A DNA stretch of 64,000 nucleotides from the human T2T-CHM13v2.0 reference genome, Homo sapiens, in the NCBI RefSeq assembly GCF_009914755.1, contig NC_060940.1; one strand, written 5' to 3'. Of the stretch, positions 40,701 through 54,087 are shown piece by piece. Within the stretch, counting starts at the first letter, position 1. Each line of letters starts with the position of its first letter. The position numbers were made by a program, and so were the translations under genes. The notes under the pieces are model-generated. The model searched no databases. It saw only the letters and a list, made by a program, of their open reading frames with translations, and had not been told where the DNA came from.

Positions 40701-41517
40701 CAACAAAAGCCAAAATTGACAAATGGGATCTAATTAAACTAAAGAGCTCCTGCACAGCCAAAGAAACTATCATCAGACTGATCAGGCAACCTACAGAGTG
40801 GGAGAAAACTTTTGTAATCTATCCATGTGACAAAGGGCTAAGATCCAGAATCTACAAAGAACTTAAACAAATTTACATGAAAAAAAAAACCCCATCAAAA
40901 AGTGGTCCAAGGATATGAACAGACACTTCTCAAAAGAAGACATTTATGCAGCCAACAAACATATAAAAAAAAACTCATCATCACTCGTCATTAGAGAAAT
41001 ATAAATCAAAACCACAATGAGATACCATCTCATGCCAGTTAGAATGGAAATTATTAAAAAGTCGGGAAACAACAGATGCTGGAGAGATTGTGGAGAAATA
41101 GGAGCGTTTTTACACTGCTGGTGGGAGTGTAAATTAGTTCAATCATTGTGGAAGACAGTGTGGTGATTCCTCAAGGATGTAGAACCAGAAATACTCATTT
41201 GACCCAGCAATCCAATTCTGGGTATATACCCAAAGGATTATAAATCATTCTACTATAAAGACACATGCACACATATGTTAATTACAGCACTGTTCACAAT
41301 AGCAAAGACTTGGAACCAACCCAAATGCCCATCAGTGATAGACTGGATAAAGAAAGTGTGGCACATATACACCATGGAATACCATACAGCTATAAAAAAG
41401 GATGAGTTCATGTCCTTTGCAGGGACATGGATGAGGCTGGCAACCATCATTCTCAGCAAACTAACACAAGAACAGAAAATCAAACACCACATGTTCTCAC
41501 TCATAAGTGGGAGTTGA
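37773..41517 (+). pseudogene. L1 ORF2p (endonuclease/reverse transcriptase), disrupted
   Basis: MTGSNSHITILTLNVNGLNAPI start; a 405-aa fragment with IVGDFNT and SDHSAIKL; LFADDM motif near 39800; ends HMFSLISGS*; multiple stops and frameshifts. Confidence 0.93.
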
Positions 41518-41818
41518 ACAATGAGAACACATGGACATAGGGAGGGGAACATCACACACTGGGGCCTGTTGTGGGGTGGGTGGCTAGGGGAGGGATAGCA
41601 TTAGGAGAAATACCTAATGTAGATGATGGGTTGATGGGTGCAGCAAACCACCAAGGCATGTGTATGCCTATGTAACAAGCCTGCATGTTCTGCACATGTA
41701 CCCCAGAACTTAAAGTATAATAATAAAAAAGGGCTTCCTCAGAAGATCCTGATTCTCCAAGACCTAGACATCTGCATTTTTGAACTCAGACTGAGAATTA
41801 CCATTTAAGTATTTAGCA

Positions 41819-41852
41819 CCACCCCCTAGTGGTGGTTACTTGAAATTGCAGA
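41819..41852 (-). promoter_or_regulatory. Candidate CTCF site with upstream motif
   Basis: The minus strand reads CTGCAATTTCAAGTAACCACCACTAGGGGGTGG. The core differs from CCASYAGRKGGCRS at one position. Confidence 0.45.
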
Positions 41853-42932
41853 TGTAACAAATTTAAAATATAGTTCTTTCAATTCTTCCTGTGTATTTGT
41901 TGCACGCAAAGTAACAATCTTTCGCATCTATTTTAGAGCTAGTTAAATATAGCTAGTTTTAGAGGAATAGCCACATAGGGGTAAAAACTCCTTATTCTCC
42001 AGTGATTATCTGGAAAGAACTCTCAAGTATTAAGATAAAAAAATAGAAAGTTCATAAGTAGCAATTAATTAGCTACTACTTATTGTCAGAGAGCAGTTAA
42101 AGCTTCCAACTCATAGCCAGGCTGATTATTAAAGAGCTATACGATTAGAGTAATTGAAACTGTGCAGGTGAAATGGAAAGTTAGTGGCCTCCAAAAGTCA
42201 TGAAAAACCAACACTGAACTTACACTAACTATGGAAGAATAGCAGTACGATCCCAAGGGATGTGTATTTCTTTGAACCATTGTTTTAACTGGCTAGAGGA
42301 AGTTTGTGTTTAGAATTTTATTAGCTTATCATTTTGGGTTGGAAATTTTTGTTCTATAGCCGCAATGCAGACCAGCCTGCAATGCCACCACCGTTTCTAT
42401 CCTTGCTTGTCTGCTTTGGTAGCTTTTTCCCTTGGATTTTCCAGAGGGTAGAACAGAGGGCAGCCCGGTGTTAGGGTCCTGATAATGGGAGGGAAAATGT
42501 TCCAAATATTCTAAATGGGGCAACTGCTTCTACACTTGGGTCAGCTGGAAAACTCTTCCAGCTTCATAGTGTATTTGTTAGCTTGCTTGCTTTCTGTTTG
42601 TCATTCTCAGATTCTCCACAAATATTCATCCTGCGTTTCTAACCCCCATGTTTTCTCTCGCTCAACACAGGCTCATATTTGAACCAGAAGGTCATCTAGT
42701 ACAAATTTCTCACATGCTTGATGAGGAGCCTGAGGTGTGAGTAGGGTGGCGGCTCTCAGGTTACAGAAAGGGGTGTCTGTCCAGTGGAGCTGTGTCCCAG
42801 CACTGCTCATGGTGGCCCAGTAATACTTGCAAGCCAGTGTTCTTTCTGTGACCATCCAACTCCCAACTTCTGCTTTTCATTTCCTTCCTCTATCCCTATA
42901 AACATCCCCTACACCCAGAAACGCGCCCCGCT

Positions 42933-42996
42933 ATGCGCGCGCACACACACACACACACACACTCTCACACTCTCTTTCTCTCTCTCTCTCTCTCTC
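42933..42996. repeat. Compound (CG)4(CA)n(CT)n microsatellite
   Basis: Directly visible. Confidence 0.95.
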
Positions 42997-43449
42997 AGTT
43001 TTCTTCTTTCTGCAAATCCCCTTCCCTTCCCGCCTTGGCAAGCTGCCCAAAGTATGGAAAATTAGGCAAGTTGAACCTTTAAAAAATCCTTTATTTTAGA
43101 ATAAACCCAAAGGAAACCTCAGCTGTCCAACTTTCACTAACTAAATTATGCAATGTTTCCTTCTGTTCCTTCATCTTGATTTATTTTTGTGGGTTAAGCC
43201 TTTGGCGGGAGGGAAAAAAGGTTTATTTGTTACACTCCAGAGGAGAAAGAACTTGAAGGAGGAAATAGAAAACAAAAGGAAAGGTGAGCCGAAGGATTAA
43301 ATAATGAATCAAGGGAACACGAAATACAAATCTGGACATGCCCACATGTACTTTTCCATTTAGAAACAGACCCAAGAAACAAGTGGTGCGTTTACCCATT
43401 TTTTCGAGACTAAAGCCCTTGCTTAGTAGCCCCCAAAGTTAGCGTTAGC

Positions 43450-43463
43450 CTGCCCTCTAGTGG
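43450..43463 (-). promoter_or_regulatory. Candidate CTCF site
   Basis: The minus strand reads CCACTAGAGGGCAG, a full match to CCASYAGRKGGCRS. Confidence 0.6.
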
Positions 43464-43957
43464 TGCCTGAAAACGTGTGCTAGACTGTGGTGCCCAATGC
43501 AGAGCTTTGCTTGTCCCAGAGATAGACGCTTGAAAACCTCAAGATTAGAAGGAACGCTTCAGCAGCTTTCCAGTAAATACAGTAGGTGGAGACACACACT
43601 GGAAAACTGCAACCTAGGCAACATTGCTTTCGTTTGACTCTTAGAAGATTGCTAGGCACCCAGAGTTATTGAAACTCGGGTTGACCATAATTTGTCATGC
43701 TTAATATTTCCTGCTTTTAAAAAATTGTTAAAAATGTTAATATATGGAGATTTTAAGCACATACAGTTTATAAATCCGTTGGCGCTTCATGCCATTAATT
43801 ATCTTAAATACCCACCAAAAGCAGAAATTTGGGTGATGGTATGGAGGTGCAAAGGTTAATAAGACACAGACCCCGTCCTTAAAACTTACTCTTTGTTTGG
43901 AAGAGAAGATCTATTTGAATGTAATTACAATACATGGCAGTGGTATAACAAAGAGAC

Positions 43958-44027
43958 AGTTTAAATATATATATATATGTTTAAATATATATATATGTAT
44001 ACACACACACACATACACACACACACA
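43958..44027. repeat. (TA)n/(CA)n compound repeat
   Basis: GTTTAAA(TA)n twice, then (CA)n. Confidence 0.9.
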
Positions 44028-44497
44028 AAACTGTGCTAGGTATGCCCACATCTTACTTAATATTTACCACAACTATGTCTTTTTACATAAGAAGAAAGGG
44101 AGGTTCAGAAAGATTAAGTAACTTATCTTAGTTCAGATAGCAAAGAAATAGCAAAATTAGAATTCAGGTATTTTGATTTTACTTTCATTTCAATTAACTT
44201 CAACAGAGCTTTATTGAGAATCTACCATGTACCAGGCAGTATGTTACATGCTGAACATGCAAATATAGGAAATACCACTGGCCTCACGGTTCTAGTCTTG
44301 TAGGGGACTGGGCTATGCGGAAACAAGCTGTATTGTGATATATGCAATAATGCAAGTTTGTACATATTACCTTCTGAGCAAAGCAGCAAAGACTGTTCTT
44401 TTTCCATAAGTTGTTGACTTTCTGTCATGTGACCCTGGTAAGTAACCATGATCGAACTGATCAAGAATCTGTAACTTGGCCAAAGGTAACCACAAAG

Positions 44498-44594
44498 TTG
44501 TGCAAAACTACAGGATACATAGAGTAAATATTTTGGGGGTTTCATTATTACAGATGACGTTGAGGAGAGAAAAGTTTTACATTTTTACAATCTT
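44498..44594 (+). repeat. Copy 1 of a ~96-bp diverged direct repeat
   Basis: TTGTGCAAAACTA..GGATACA...ATTACAG.TGA.GT...GAGAGAAAAGTTTT..TTTTTACAATCTT. Confidence 0.85.
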
Positions 44595-45491
44595 AGGTTT
44601 ACCAATGGGCTCTGGGAGGTCTAATAGCAGAATTCTGCCCAATAATGGAGGCAACTCACTGACCCAACCAGTGAGAGCACAGGTAGTTTCCACTGTGAGA
44701 AACTCAACTACAGAACCAGAGTAGAATTAGAAAGAAACAAAAGTGGAGGTAACAGCTGAACTAGTGAGAAGCGGAAGCACAGAGAGGTGAAGGAGAGAAG
44801 TGAAACTGTGAGTATGGCACCGTCGGGAGTCAGGGGCCAAAGGTCCCTCTTCTCAAGGGGGCATTACCATTACTGACTCAAAGGGGAGCCCTTTCTGACA
44901 TCCCAGGGCTCTGGGAGGCTGGACTACAACCTGCCTAGTGTCATACCTGTGCTTCCTTATTGCCTTAAGTATCTTTCCAATCACCCACATCACCAGAGGT
45001 CACCCGAGACTACTTGATCTTTGCAACAGAAAGTGTAACTCCTGCAGCACCAAAGTGGTGCGGAGGAGAGTGAGGAAGTGTGGTTGGAAGGGTGGATGCA
45101 GCAGGGGCTTTACCAGGAGGCAATGCCAAAGCAGAGTTCTGAGCTACAATGAGGGGTTTGCAAGGAAGACAGAGGGGTTTGCAAGGAAGGAGCTGCAACG
45201 AGGAGTTTGCAAAGAAGACAGAGGAAGGTACCTCAATAATTCTGTGTTTATTCCAGTACTGGACATAACCCATGGCAAACCTTAATTTCCAGGATCTCCT
45301 TTGTGTAATGACACCAGAAATCCTTTCTTCAGGAACCCTGGCTTTGAGAGAGTGACATAAGAAAGGAGAATTTTCTCTTTTATGGAGGCTGTAAGTCCTG
45401 AAGCTTGATGTGCTGACCCTATTGTGTGGCCTTAACTATTGGCATATTCTTCTCAAGTGGGATATGGGGATGCAGCACTGGGGCCAGGGGA

Positions 45492-45587
45492 TTGTGCAAA
45501 ACTAAGGATACACACAGAAAAATCTTTATGGGGTGTCATCATTACAGGTGATGTGAAGAGAGAAAAGTTTTAACTTTTTACAATCTT
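45492..45587 (+). repeat. Copy 2 of the ~96-bp diverged direct repeat
   Basis: Aligns to 44498-44594 at roughly 80% identity by eye. Confidence 0.85.
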
Positions 45588-45714
45588 GAAAGGTGTTGTC
45601 CTGTATGATCAGTATAAACCTACTTTTTTGTGTTGGGTTAATTTTTTTCCCACTCATTTGCATAAAATCCAGGGTTCTCTATGATCCCAGCATAAAATCA
45701 CATTTAAAGAAACA

Positions 45715-46460
45715 CACTCTTTTCTTTATCCATTCATCTTTTAATGAGCATTTGGGTTGGTTTCAGCTCTTGGCTATTGTGAATAGTGCTGCTATGAACA
45801 CCCATGTACAAATATCTCTTCAAGATACTGCTTTCAATTCTTTTTTGGATATATGCCCAGAAGTGGGATTGCTGGATGTATTAGTCCATTCTCACATTCC
45901 TATAAAGAACTACTTGAGACTGGGTAATTTATGAAGAAAGTGGTTTAATTGACTCACAGTTTCTGCAGGCTGTACAGGAAACATGACTGGGAGGCCTCAG
46001 GAAACTTACAATCACAGCAGAAGGTGAAGGGGAAGCAGGCATATCTTCACATGGTGGCAGGAGAGAGAGACAGAGTGAAGGAGGACGTGCTACACACTTT
46101 TAAAAACCAGATCTCATGAGAACTCTGTCATGAGACAGTACTAGAGGGATGATGCAAAACCATTAGAAACCACCCCCGTGATCAAATCACCTCCTGCCAG
46201 GCCCCACCTTCAACACGTGGGGATTACAATTCCACATAAGATTTGGGTGGGGACACAGAGCCAAACCATATCACTAGATTATATGGTAATCCTAGCTTTA
46301 ATTTTTTGAGGAACCTCCATATTGTTTTCCATAATGGCAGGATCATTTTGCATTCCACCAACAGTGCGCAAGCGCTCTAATTTCTCCACATTGGTGCTAA
46401 CCCTTGCTATTTTCTGTTTTCTTTTTAAATAGTGGCCATCATAATGGGTGTGAGGTGACA
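45715..46460 (-). mobile_element. L1MB-type fragment split by an MST LTR
   Basis: TTCTTTATCCATTCATC...CCCAGAAGTGGGATTGCTGGA, then the LTR, then CTAGATTATATGGTAAT...GAGGAACCTCCATATTGTTTTCCATAATGG. Confidence 0.85.
45877..46273 (-). mobile_element. MSTA-like MaLR solo LTR
   Basis: TGTATTAGTCCATTCTCAC...GGGGACACAGAGCCAAACCATATCA; 5-bp TSD CTGGA/CTAGA. Confidence 0.9.
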
Positions 46461-48139
46461 TGTAGATTGATTTTAAAGTACAAACCCCCTTTGAAATGGT
46501 TAGGGGATCTCTGAACTTTCATGCCTTCTGGTAAACTTTGATTTTATCAACCAGCTGAAATCATTCACTGAAGTATATGTTATTTTGATCTAGGCAAGTT
46601 GTTAGGATCCTGGAAAGAGATCTTAGATTTCTTTAAACTTGGTAAATGTAAAACTGGAAGCCCCAAGAGTGGGGGCTACCTGAGAAGTCCCACATCAGGT
46701 ACTTCTCTCTCAGTTGTTTTGACCCTGAGGACATTTTTTATTGAATGAAAACAAACATTTTCATCAGAATTATTCCAACATTTCTGGAAATATTATCAAG
46801 AAATTATTTTCTAGAAGCAGATGTCTTGAATTAATGTAATTCTTTGATCAAATTTCTTCCTGTGCCATTAAATAATTTTCAGTATTTTTATTTTACTGAA
46901 ATAATTTAGACTTTATTCAGTGATCCCATTTTATGTCCTTATTAAATCTTTCCAACTTTTCCAATCAGCAATTTTGAGGTTTCTTTTGTAGTCATTTTCT
47001 ACCAAACCTAATTTTCCTGGGCTAGATTTTGCAGGTATAATTTTTGACAAGAAGATTTGATTCTTTTGTCAATTTTTAAAGTCAATTACAAATTTTTCTG
47101 TGTAAAGCTTTCACCTTTGTCAGTTTTATTTTGTGTTATTTCTATAAAGTGCAATTTTAAAAGAGTTCACTTTTGTAGTTTTGTGGCTTACCAACACAAT
47201 GAGATTCTTCAGTCAGTTTTTTGTCAATATCAAAGTTAACATATATCATTTTAGTTATTATCAGTTTGATCCTGTGTAGATTCTTTTCACTACATCAATT
47301 TTTTTTCTAGTGACCCGTTGAAAATATACTTGATATAAAAATATCAAGGTCATAACATCATGTTTTCATCCAAAGCTACTCTGTTTAAATATATTTAAAA
47401 AGTAGAATCGACCTGTCTTTTTAGAAGCATGGGTTTCACAGGTAAATCCTTAATCTAGAAGTGAGAAGTTTTGGGTGTTTGTCTTTGTTCTGCGCTCATC
47501 ACCCCTGTGTCTACAGTCTGATAGTCCTCATCTAAAAGTGAAGTGATTGAAGTGTGTGATTTCTAAATCCCCTTGCAACTCTGACTTAAATTTCTATCTG
47601 TAAGAATCTATTCCTATCTGCAGATTGAGCTAACTGATCATTGCTTTGCTTCATATTTGATTCACTCCTCTCCCCTGTCAATCAGTGCCTCCTGACAACC
47701 AGCCTGTCTGTCTGCACTTGCTCAGACCTGGGTAGGAGCCTCTGATGTTCTCTACACAGATTTGCATGTTGTTCTTAGAGTCTTGGCTTCTGATCTGCTC
47801 CAGAGTGCCACTGCTCTCAGGCTTTCTGAGCTCAACCCATATCCTTTCTGATTGAGCACCAACCAGCTGGGCTCAGAGCAGCCTGCCTCCACCCTGCCTT
47901 CATCTGCCTGGAAGCTATGAGGTTATCAGGGACCATGCTGAGCCTTGTCTTTCCCTATCCCCACTCCTCAGCCTAACTCCTATCACCTCTCTTTGTGGGT
48001 TAGGCATGAAGGGACAATCTTGGGGTTATGTGGATATAGTTTAGGGTAGACCAATCTTAAAGGCAGCAGAATTAGGACAGAGCCCAAGGCCATTGTAGGC
48101 AGGAAGGGGAGATAGGATAGACCACATCATTTAAGGAAT

Positions 48140-48590
48140 CATTTCAGGATCCCAGGAGGAATGTGTTGGGCCATTTTCATTAGAACAATTGGAGGGAGGT
48201 TTAGTGAAGGGACTGTTTACAAAGGATGAGCAGTGTTTATGGAGTCCATAAAGGACAGTGTAGCACCACTGAGTTCACTTACAACTCCTCACCAGAAATG
48301 ATATGAGGAGGGATCAGTTACTGGAACCTGGGTGGAGAGAATCACATAGAGATGACTTCAAGACAATACTTCAGGGATCAAGCCAGAGGCATAAATATCC
48401 CAGCCTCCACTCCTTCTCCCTCCCTCTTATCTCCTATTAATGACCTCTAATTGGCAGAACCCAACTCGAGGTCAAAAGGCAAGGGAGTCCATTGATGAAA
48501 CTCATACAGTTCAGTGTCCCCAGCAAGAGAGTAGGATGAGAAGTGTGGAGAGTGACCTCAGCAGTGAGGAGGAGAAGATAACAGGCACAG
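48140..48590 (-). mobile_element. LTR33-like solo LTR
   Basis: GAAGGGACTGTTTACAAAGG...AATTGGCAGAACCCAAC...GGCAAGGGAGTCCATTGATG...GGAGAAGATAACAGGCACA. Confidence 0.65.
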
Positions 48591-50179
48591 GCTGCTCCTC
48601 TAGCTTGTTCATGTACATCCCAGTAAAATCAAGTGGAGAAGATCATCCAGAGAAGACTGGGAGGAAAAGGGTTAGCATGCTTGCATCACCTTGGGTGAGG
48701 AATGAGTTAAATGCAATGACCTTTGTAAATTTCAGCTGATGTCATTGTATAAGTCATGTATTTCCCTGGCAGCTGCTGTCTAAGACATGGTCTTCATCTT
48801 GAATTGGTTCTGGGTCAACAGAAGCCTAGGCTGGTTGATTAGCTCATTTCACTCTTCCCTGAGAGGCCTCTGAGGAGCTGGCCACACTGGGAGCTTTAGA
48901 AGTGTAGGATCAATGCCTTTGGATATCTGGGTGGGGTAGAGGGAGTTTTAAGTATAGAGAAAGGGGGAGGGGAGAGAGTGTTGAAAGGGTGCTGATGGCA
49001 CATCTGGACAAGGGGCAGACCTGGGCCTACTTAAGATGGCATTGCATTGGGCTCAGGGTTTATAGAGCATAAAATATGCTTTACATGGAATGATGCCACC
49101 TCCACTGCCTGAGATGCACTGTATAGACTGAGATGCTGCTGGAACTGTGGTGGGGGTGGGCAAGAGGGGTGGGTGGGGAGGCAGTGGGCATAATTTCCCT
49201 TCAGAGTCCTGTAGCACAGAGTTCTGCCACAGAACACCACTGTTCTGCTTTAAACACCATTGCAAATGGTTAGCATTCACCTTAGCTGAATTTGTAGAGA
49301 GGGAGAGGAAAGAGGGAAAAGAGGAGAAAAAGAGAGAATGTGTTTGTCCAGCTCAATGCATATGGATGAGTTGGTTCTGGTGCTCCGATTTAATCAAATG
49401 ATTCATATTTGTGGATGGGTGGGTGGGATGCCCCTTGGGCAGCAGAAGCAGAGTAGGCTGTGGGCTGAGCAAATACTTAGAAGCATGTCTGTTACAATCA
49501 TGTTTTGCTTCTGGTCAGTGGCACAATATATATTTAACACATTCTCTTGGGAATATTAAAATCCAATATAATATAAGCCAGTGGCAAGTAGTCTTTCTTT
49601 TATTATATCCATTGGGCAACAGGTTGGTCAGCAGAGGGAAGAGAGATCAGAAAGCAGAAAGCTGGATGGAGGAATGACCTCTTCTCACTAACTCCAAAGT
49701 GTTGCATCTACCTTGACCAGAATCCATGGCTTCTAAAAGAATTCATTGGAAGAAAGAAACAGGGAGGTGAAAAGAAAGGAGAGAATGGAGACGAGATAAA
49801 TATAAGCAAGAAAAGTGAGTTTTTCTAGAAATAATTTTATTGTCAAATAATTCTGCAAGGGAACAAAGTCTTCTGAGAAGCATGAAGCATAATCTTTCTC
49901 CTTTCTGTTTTTTTCTATTCCCTATTTAAAAAACCTGTTAATTTTATATTAAAAACAAAATACGTTTCTTTTTTTAGTGCTCTATAATTGTATAAGAATG
50001 TGTATCACTTCCTTCCCATAATTTTGAGAATATTTCTGAAGACAGTGACATATTCTGACTCTTTAAGAACAAAACAATTCAATTTTAAAATCACTGAGTG
50101 ACAGCAATCAAAGTTCTGAAGTGATGCAGTTCGCCTCAGCACTCGTTCGAAATGTCATTAGAAAACCAACATATAGCGG

Positions 50180-50193
50180 GTTGTTATGGCAAC
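50180..50193. promoter_or_regulatory. Candidate RFX X-box
   Basis: GTTGTTATGGCAAC, a near-palindromic match to GTTRCCATGGYAAC, in non-repeat sequence. Confidence 0.4.
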
Positions 50194-50789
50194 TGGAATA
50201 CCAGAGTTTATAACATCACTGTAATTAATGTTACCCAAACGTTATTAGTCTTTCAACATCACTCACATTCTCTGAAGGAACGGCAGTTCTGGTTCTCTTA
50301 GGATTTTTCAATAATGTAATCCATTGCAGCTTTTCTTCACGTTTTATTTTTAAATAGATCTTACTCTGACTTTGCTTTAGTGAAATTAGTTACTGTTTCT
50401 CCATCTTTACTTGTTCTATTTTGGCTGCTATTTTTTTTTTATAAAACTTGAAGTAAAATGGAAAAAGGGGATTACAGCTAAAAAACAGAATAAAGTCTAG
50501 AGATGGAAAGATTTATATATTTAAGTATGGAGAATCTCAGAAAAATATTAAAATATTTTGCATACAGCTTTGTAGTATTAACTCACATTTGCATAGCACT
50601 TTATAATTTAAGAAGCAGTTTTACGTATGTTATTAACATAACATTATTTAACATAACAACCCTAAGAAGACAAGTAATAATTTTTGAGTGCCTACTACGT
50701 GACAGGTAATATGATCTGCATACATAAATCTTTTAGTTCTCACCGCAATCTGCAAGATAGATGTTGTGGTTTAAAAATATGTCTCCATG

Positions 50790-51015
50790 GTTCAACAACA
50801 AATCAACAAATTACCTGATTTAAAAACAGGCAAATGACTTGAATAGACATTTTCCCAAAGATGATGTACTGATGGCCAATGAGCATATGAAAAGACACTA
50901 AATATCACTAATTATTAGATAAATGCAAATCAAAAACCACAATGAGATATCACCTGAAATCAATTTAGTGGCTACTATGAAGAAACAGAAAATAATAAAT
51001 AGTGGCAAAGATGAA
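50790..51015 (+). mobile_element. L1M ORF2 3' fragment
   Basis: GACTTGAATAGACATTTTCCCAAAG...AAATGCAAATCAAAAACCACAATGAGATATCACC. Confidence 0.8.
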
Positions 51016-51154
51016 ATGTTAAAATGCCAGATACACCAAATCATGCAAACACAACATCAAAACACAGCTTGGTGGAGATGGAGTGACAGATGGGGAGGGG
51101 GAGAGTGTGGAAAGGCTGGAAAACAGTCCCAAACGGACACACGTCTCCATGTGA

Positions 51155-51587
<433 letters not shown>

Positions 51588-54087
51588 AGAACACATTTCC
51601 TTTTAATGGAAACAGTAATTCTCTGTGGCTGCCCAGCCAGCCCACATTCCTCCACCAGGCCACCACGGCCTCTGAGGAAGCTGGACTGTGCAGCACACGC
51701 GGAGGTCATTGCTTACTTAGATGGCAGTGAAGCATCCACGCGGGGGAAGCATCACTCCTCCCTAGACCTGGCAGCATACTCCCCGGTTCCTTTTTCTTGC
51801 TGAAATATTTCTCCGAGAGTGTTTTTGGGGTTGACTCTCAAGGGGGCTGATAGGACTGAGGATGGCTTCCTGCGTGCCCATATTTCATAGCGGTGAGCAG
51901 GATGCAGCCCTGGGTTCCAGGGTCCTTTCCTCTCGCGTCTGAAGCTGTCACTCCCTTTCTTCTTGCATCCGTTGTCTGTGCTGCGATTCTAATGTCAGCA
52001 CCACTCCCGTTCCTGTGCGGGTTACCTGCTTTTTCTCTTTGGAAGTTTTTAGCAATTTTGACTCAAAATGTAGATGCTTTTCTTTGAAATTACACATAAC
52101 ATTTTAACTTTAAAATGTAATTAACGCTCTGCAGGCCCTTTCAGTTTGAGGATGTGCATCTTTTCTTAATTGGGGAAAGTTCCTAATCATTTTTCAGATA
52201 CCTCCTCTTATCTATTCATTTTTCCTCTTCTAAGCACTGAATATTTTTCCTCCCTCACCTCTGCCTACTCAACCCCTTCAGATCCTTCTAGAAGAGCTCA
52301 GAGCCTGACCTGTCTCACTCGTTCATTTTCTGGTCTCCAACCTTCCCACCAAGTTCATCACTTAAGAGCCCACGTGTTCCAGTCCACTATCCCCGGCTGC
52401 GTCTTCTGCATAACTGCCGATTCCAGCCGCGCTCTCCCTGCATCCTGAGGGTATGTGATGGATTTACCGGTCTTATCCACTCATCTGCTCCCTCCTCCAA
52501 GGAAAAACCTTGGGGTTTTTCCCTCCCGGAGTTCACTCCCCTCGCTATCTCGTTTCCTCAGGCCGCTGTCTGTTCCCTGGGTACGGTCAGCTGCCTTCGT
52601 CTTAGGCCCGAGTTGACACCTTCCTGGTGGGTTTCAGGGAGGCAGGCAGGGGCTCCTCAGGGCAGAGCCTCTGGCAGGATGACTGGGGCCCTCTTTGCTC
52701 ATCCCCGGTGGCTGCTCTGGTCTGCAGGGAACGCCCCTGTCCTTCTAGCTGGTGCTGTCTGTCCAGGGCTGCCCTGTGTTGTAATTGGCTGTCCTTGGGC
52801 TGGGGAGGAAGGCTGCCCAGGGGCCACCAGCCAGCCTGCCCAGGTGTCGTGGCCCTCACTCCAGGAGGCTCCTGAGGTGCTCTGGCCTTGCCTAGATTCC
52901 TGGGGCTGGTATGGGTGGGATCTTCTACAGGAAAGCAGGGCTGGCAGATGACAGCTCCAGGTGGGCCCCGGAGCAGAGAGCTGCAGTCTGGCCCGGGTTG
53001 TGCTGTGTGGCCTCCTCCACTCAGACTGTGGTTCCCCTCCTGTTCCAGACTCCACCACGTTTGCCCAGCCTCCACAAGACTCTCAGGGGTCCTCTTAGGT
53101 TCTGGGCTCCATCAACTGTCATCCCTTTGATGGCATCTCCAAGGTTTGGATTCATGGGAAGGAGCCAGCAGCCTGTATTAATTAATCCCCTCATAAAGGA
53201 ACCAAAAGCCAAATTTACAAACAAAAATCATAACATTAGATGCTGTCAGGGGCAGAGGAAATGGAGACATGGAAACGCTGCTGGTGGGCGTGTGAACTGT
53301 CACACCCTCCCGAGGACCTCCTGGCAACTCGTTCCAAATGCCTGGAGAGTGGACCCCGGCATTCTATGACGAGGTGGCATCTGCCCTCTAAATACAACTA
53401 GACACCCTGGAAAAAATTTAACAGACATAAGAGGACTCTAGGAAGTGGAGAGGAAGAAAGGCTGTCCAGGAACCTCAGGACCTTGGGGGTGATGCTGTAC
53501 CAGGCCCTGAGTTTTCTTTTTCTCTCTCATCTCCTGGATGGGCCCAGAGAACCCTGCAACCTGTAACTGCCAAAACCTGCAGGGGGAAAAAAGAAAAGAA
53601 AAAGAGCCTATTTTCTCTGGTGAAAGGACTGAGAAGGGCATCTCACTGGAGACCCAGCGAGGAGATTCCTACTGATCCATGTCACAGCAGCTCCGCTCAG
53701 GCCTGGCCCTCAGCATCACACCCAGGCCACAACAGGCTCTGCTGACCTTGGCGCAGAGACCACACCCAGAACCCGGCGTTTCCTTAACCTACCCCCGCCG
53801 CACAGGGCAACCCCAGCAACATGCGCAGGGATTGAACCAGAGCCCCAGCAGATCCAGAAGAACAAACCAGACCAGAATAGCACTGGGAGGGCTTTGAAAA
53901 CTAAATTGTCATTGACTCTACATTTCCCCTAAAGCAGGCTGGGGCTGCTTTAGGTACCAATTAAGGGTACCATGGACTGAACTGGAATGTTCAAATAGGA
54001 TAAAAAGTTTCTTTACATAATAACCGAAATCTCCAGAACATATTTGAAATTATTTGTCATATCAGGAAACATAAAAAGCAACTTGAA

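Larger units (their letters stand above)
36250..41730 (+). mobile_element. L1PA (L1PA7-like), near full length, 5' UTR truncated, inactive
   Basis: Partial 5' UTR, ORF1, ORF2 and the G-rich 3' UTR ending AGAACTTAAAGTATAATAATAAAAAA. Confidence 0.95.

Noticed and set aside
36190-41740. A TSD for the L1PA element
   Set aside because: Only AAAAGGG is shared between the flanks, which is not convincing.
52602-53369. Cluster of overlapping 80-157 aa ORFs on both strands
   Set aside because: Expected in GC-rich DNA. I see no recognisable domain or coherent exon structure.
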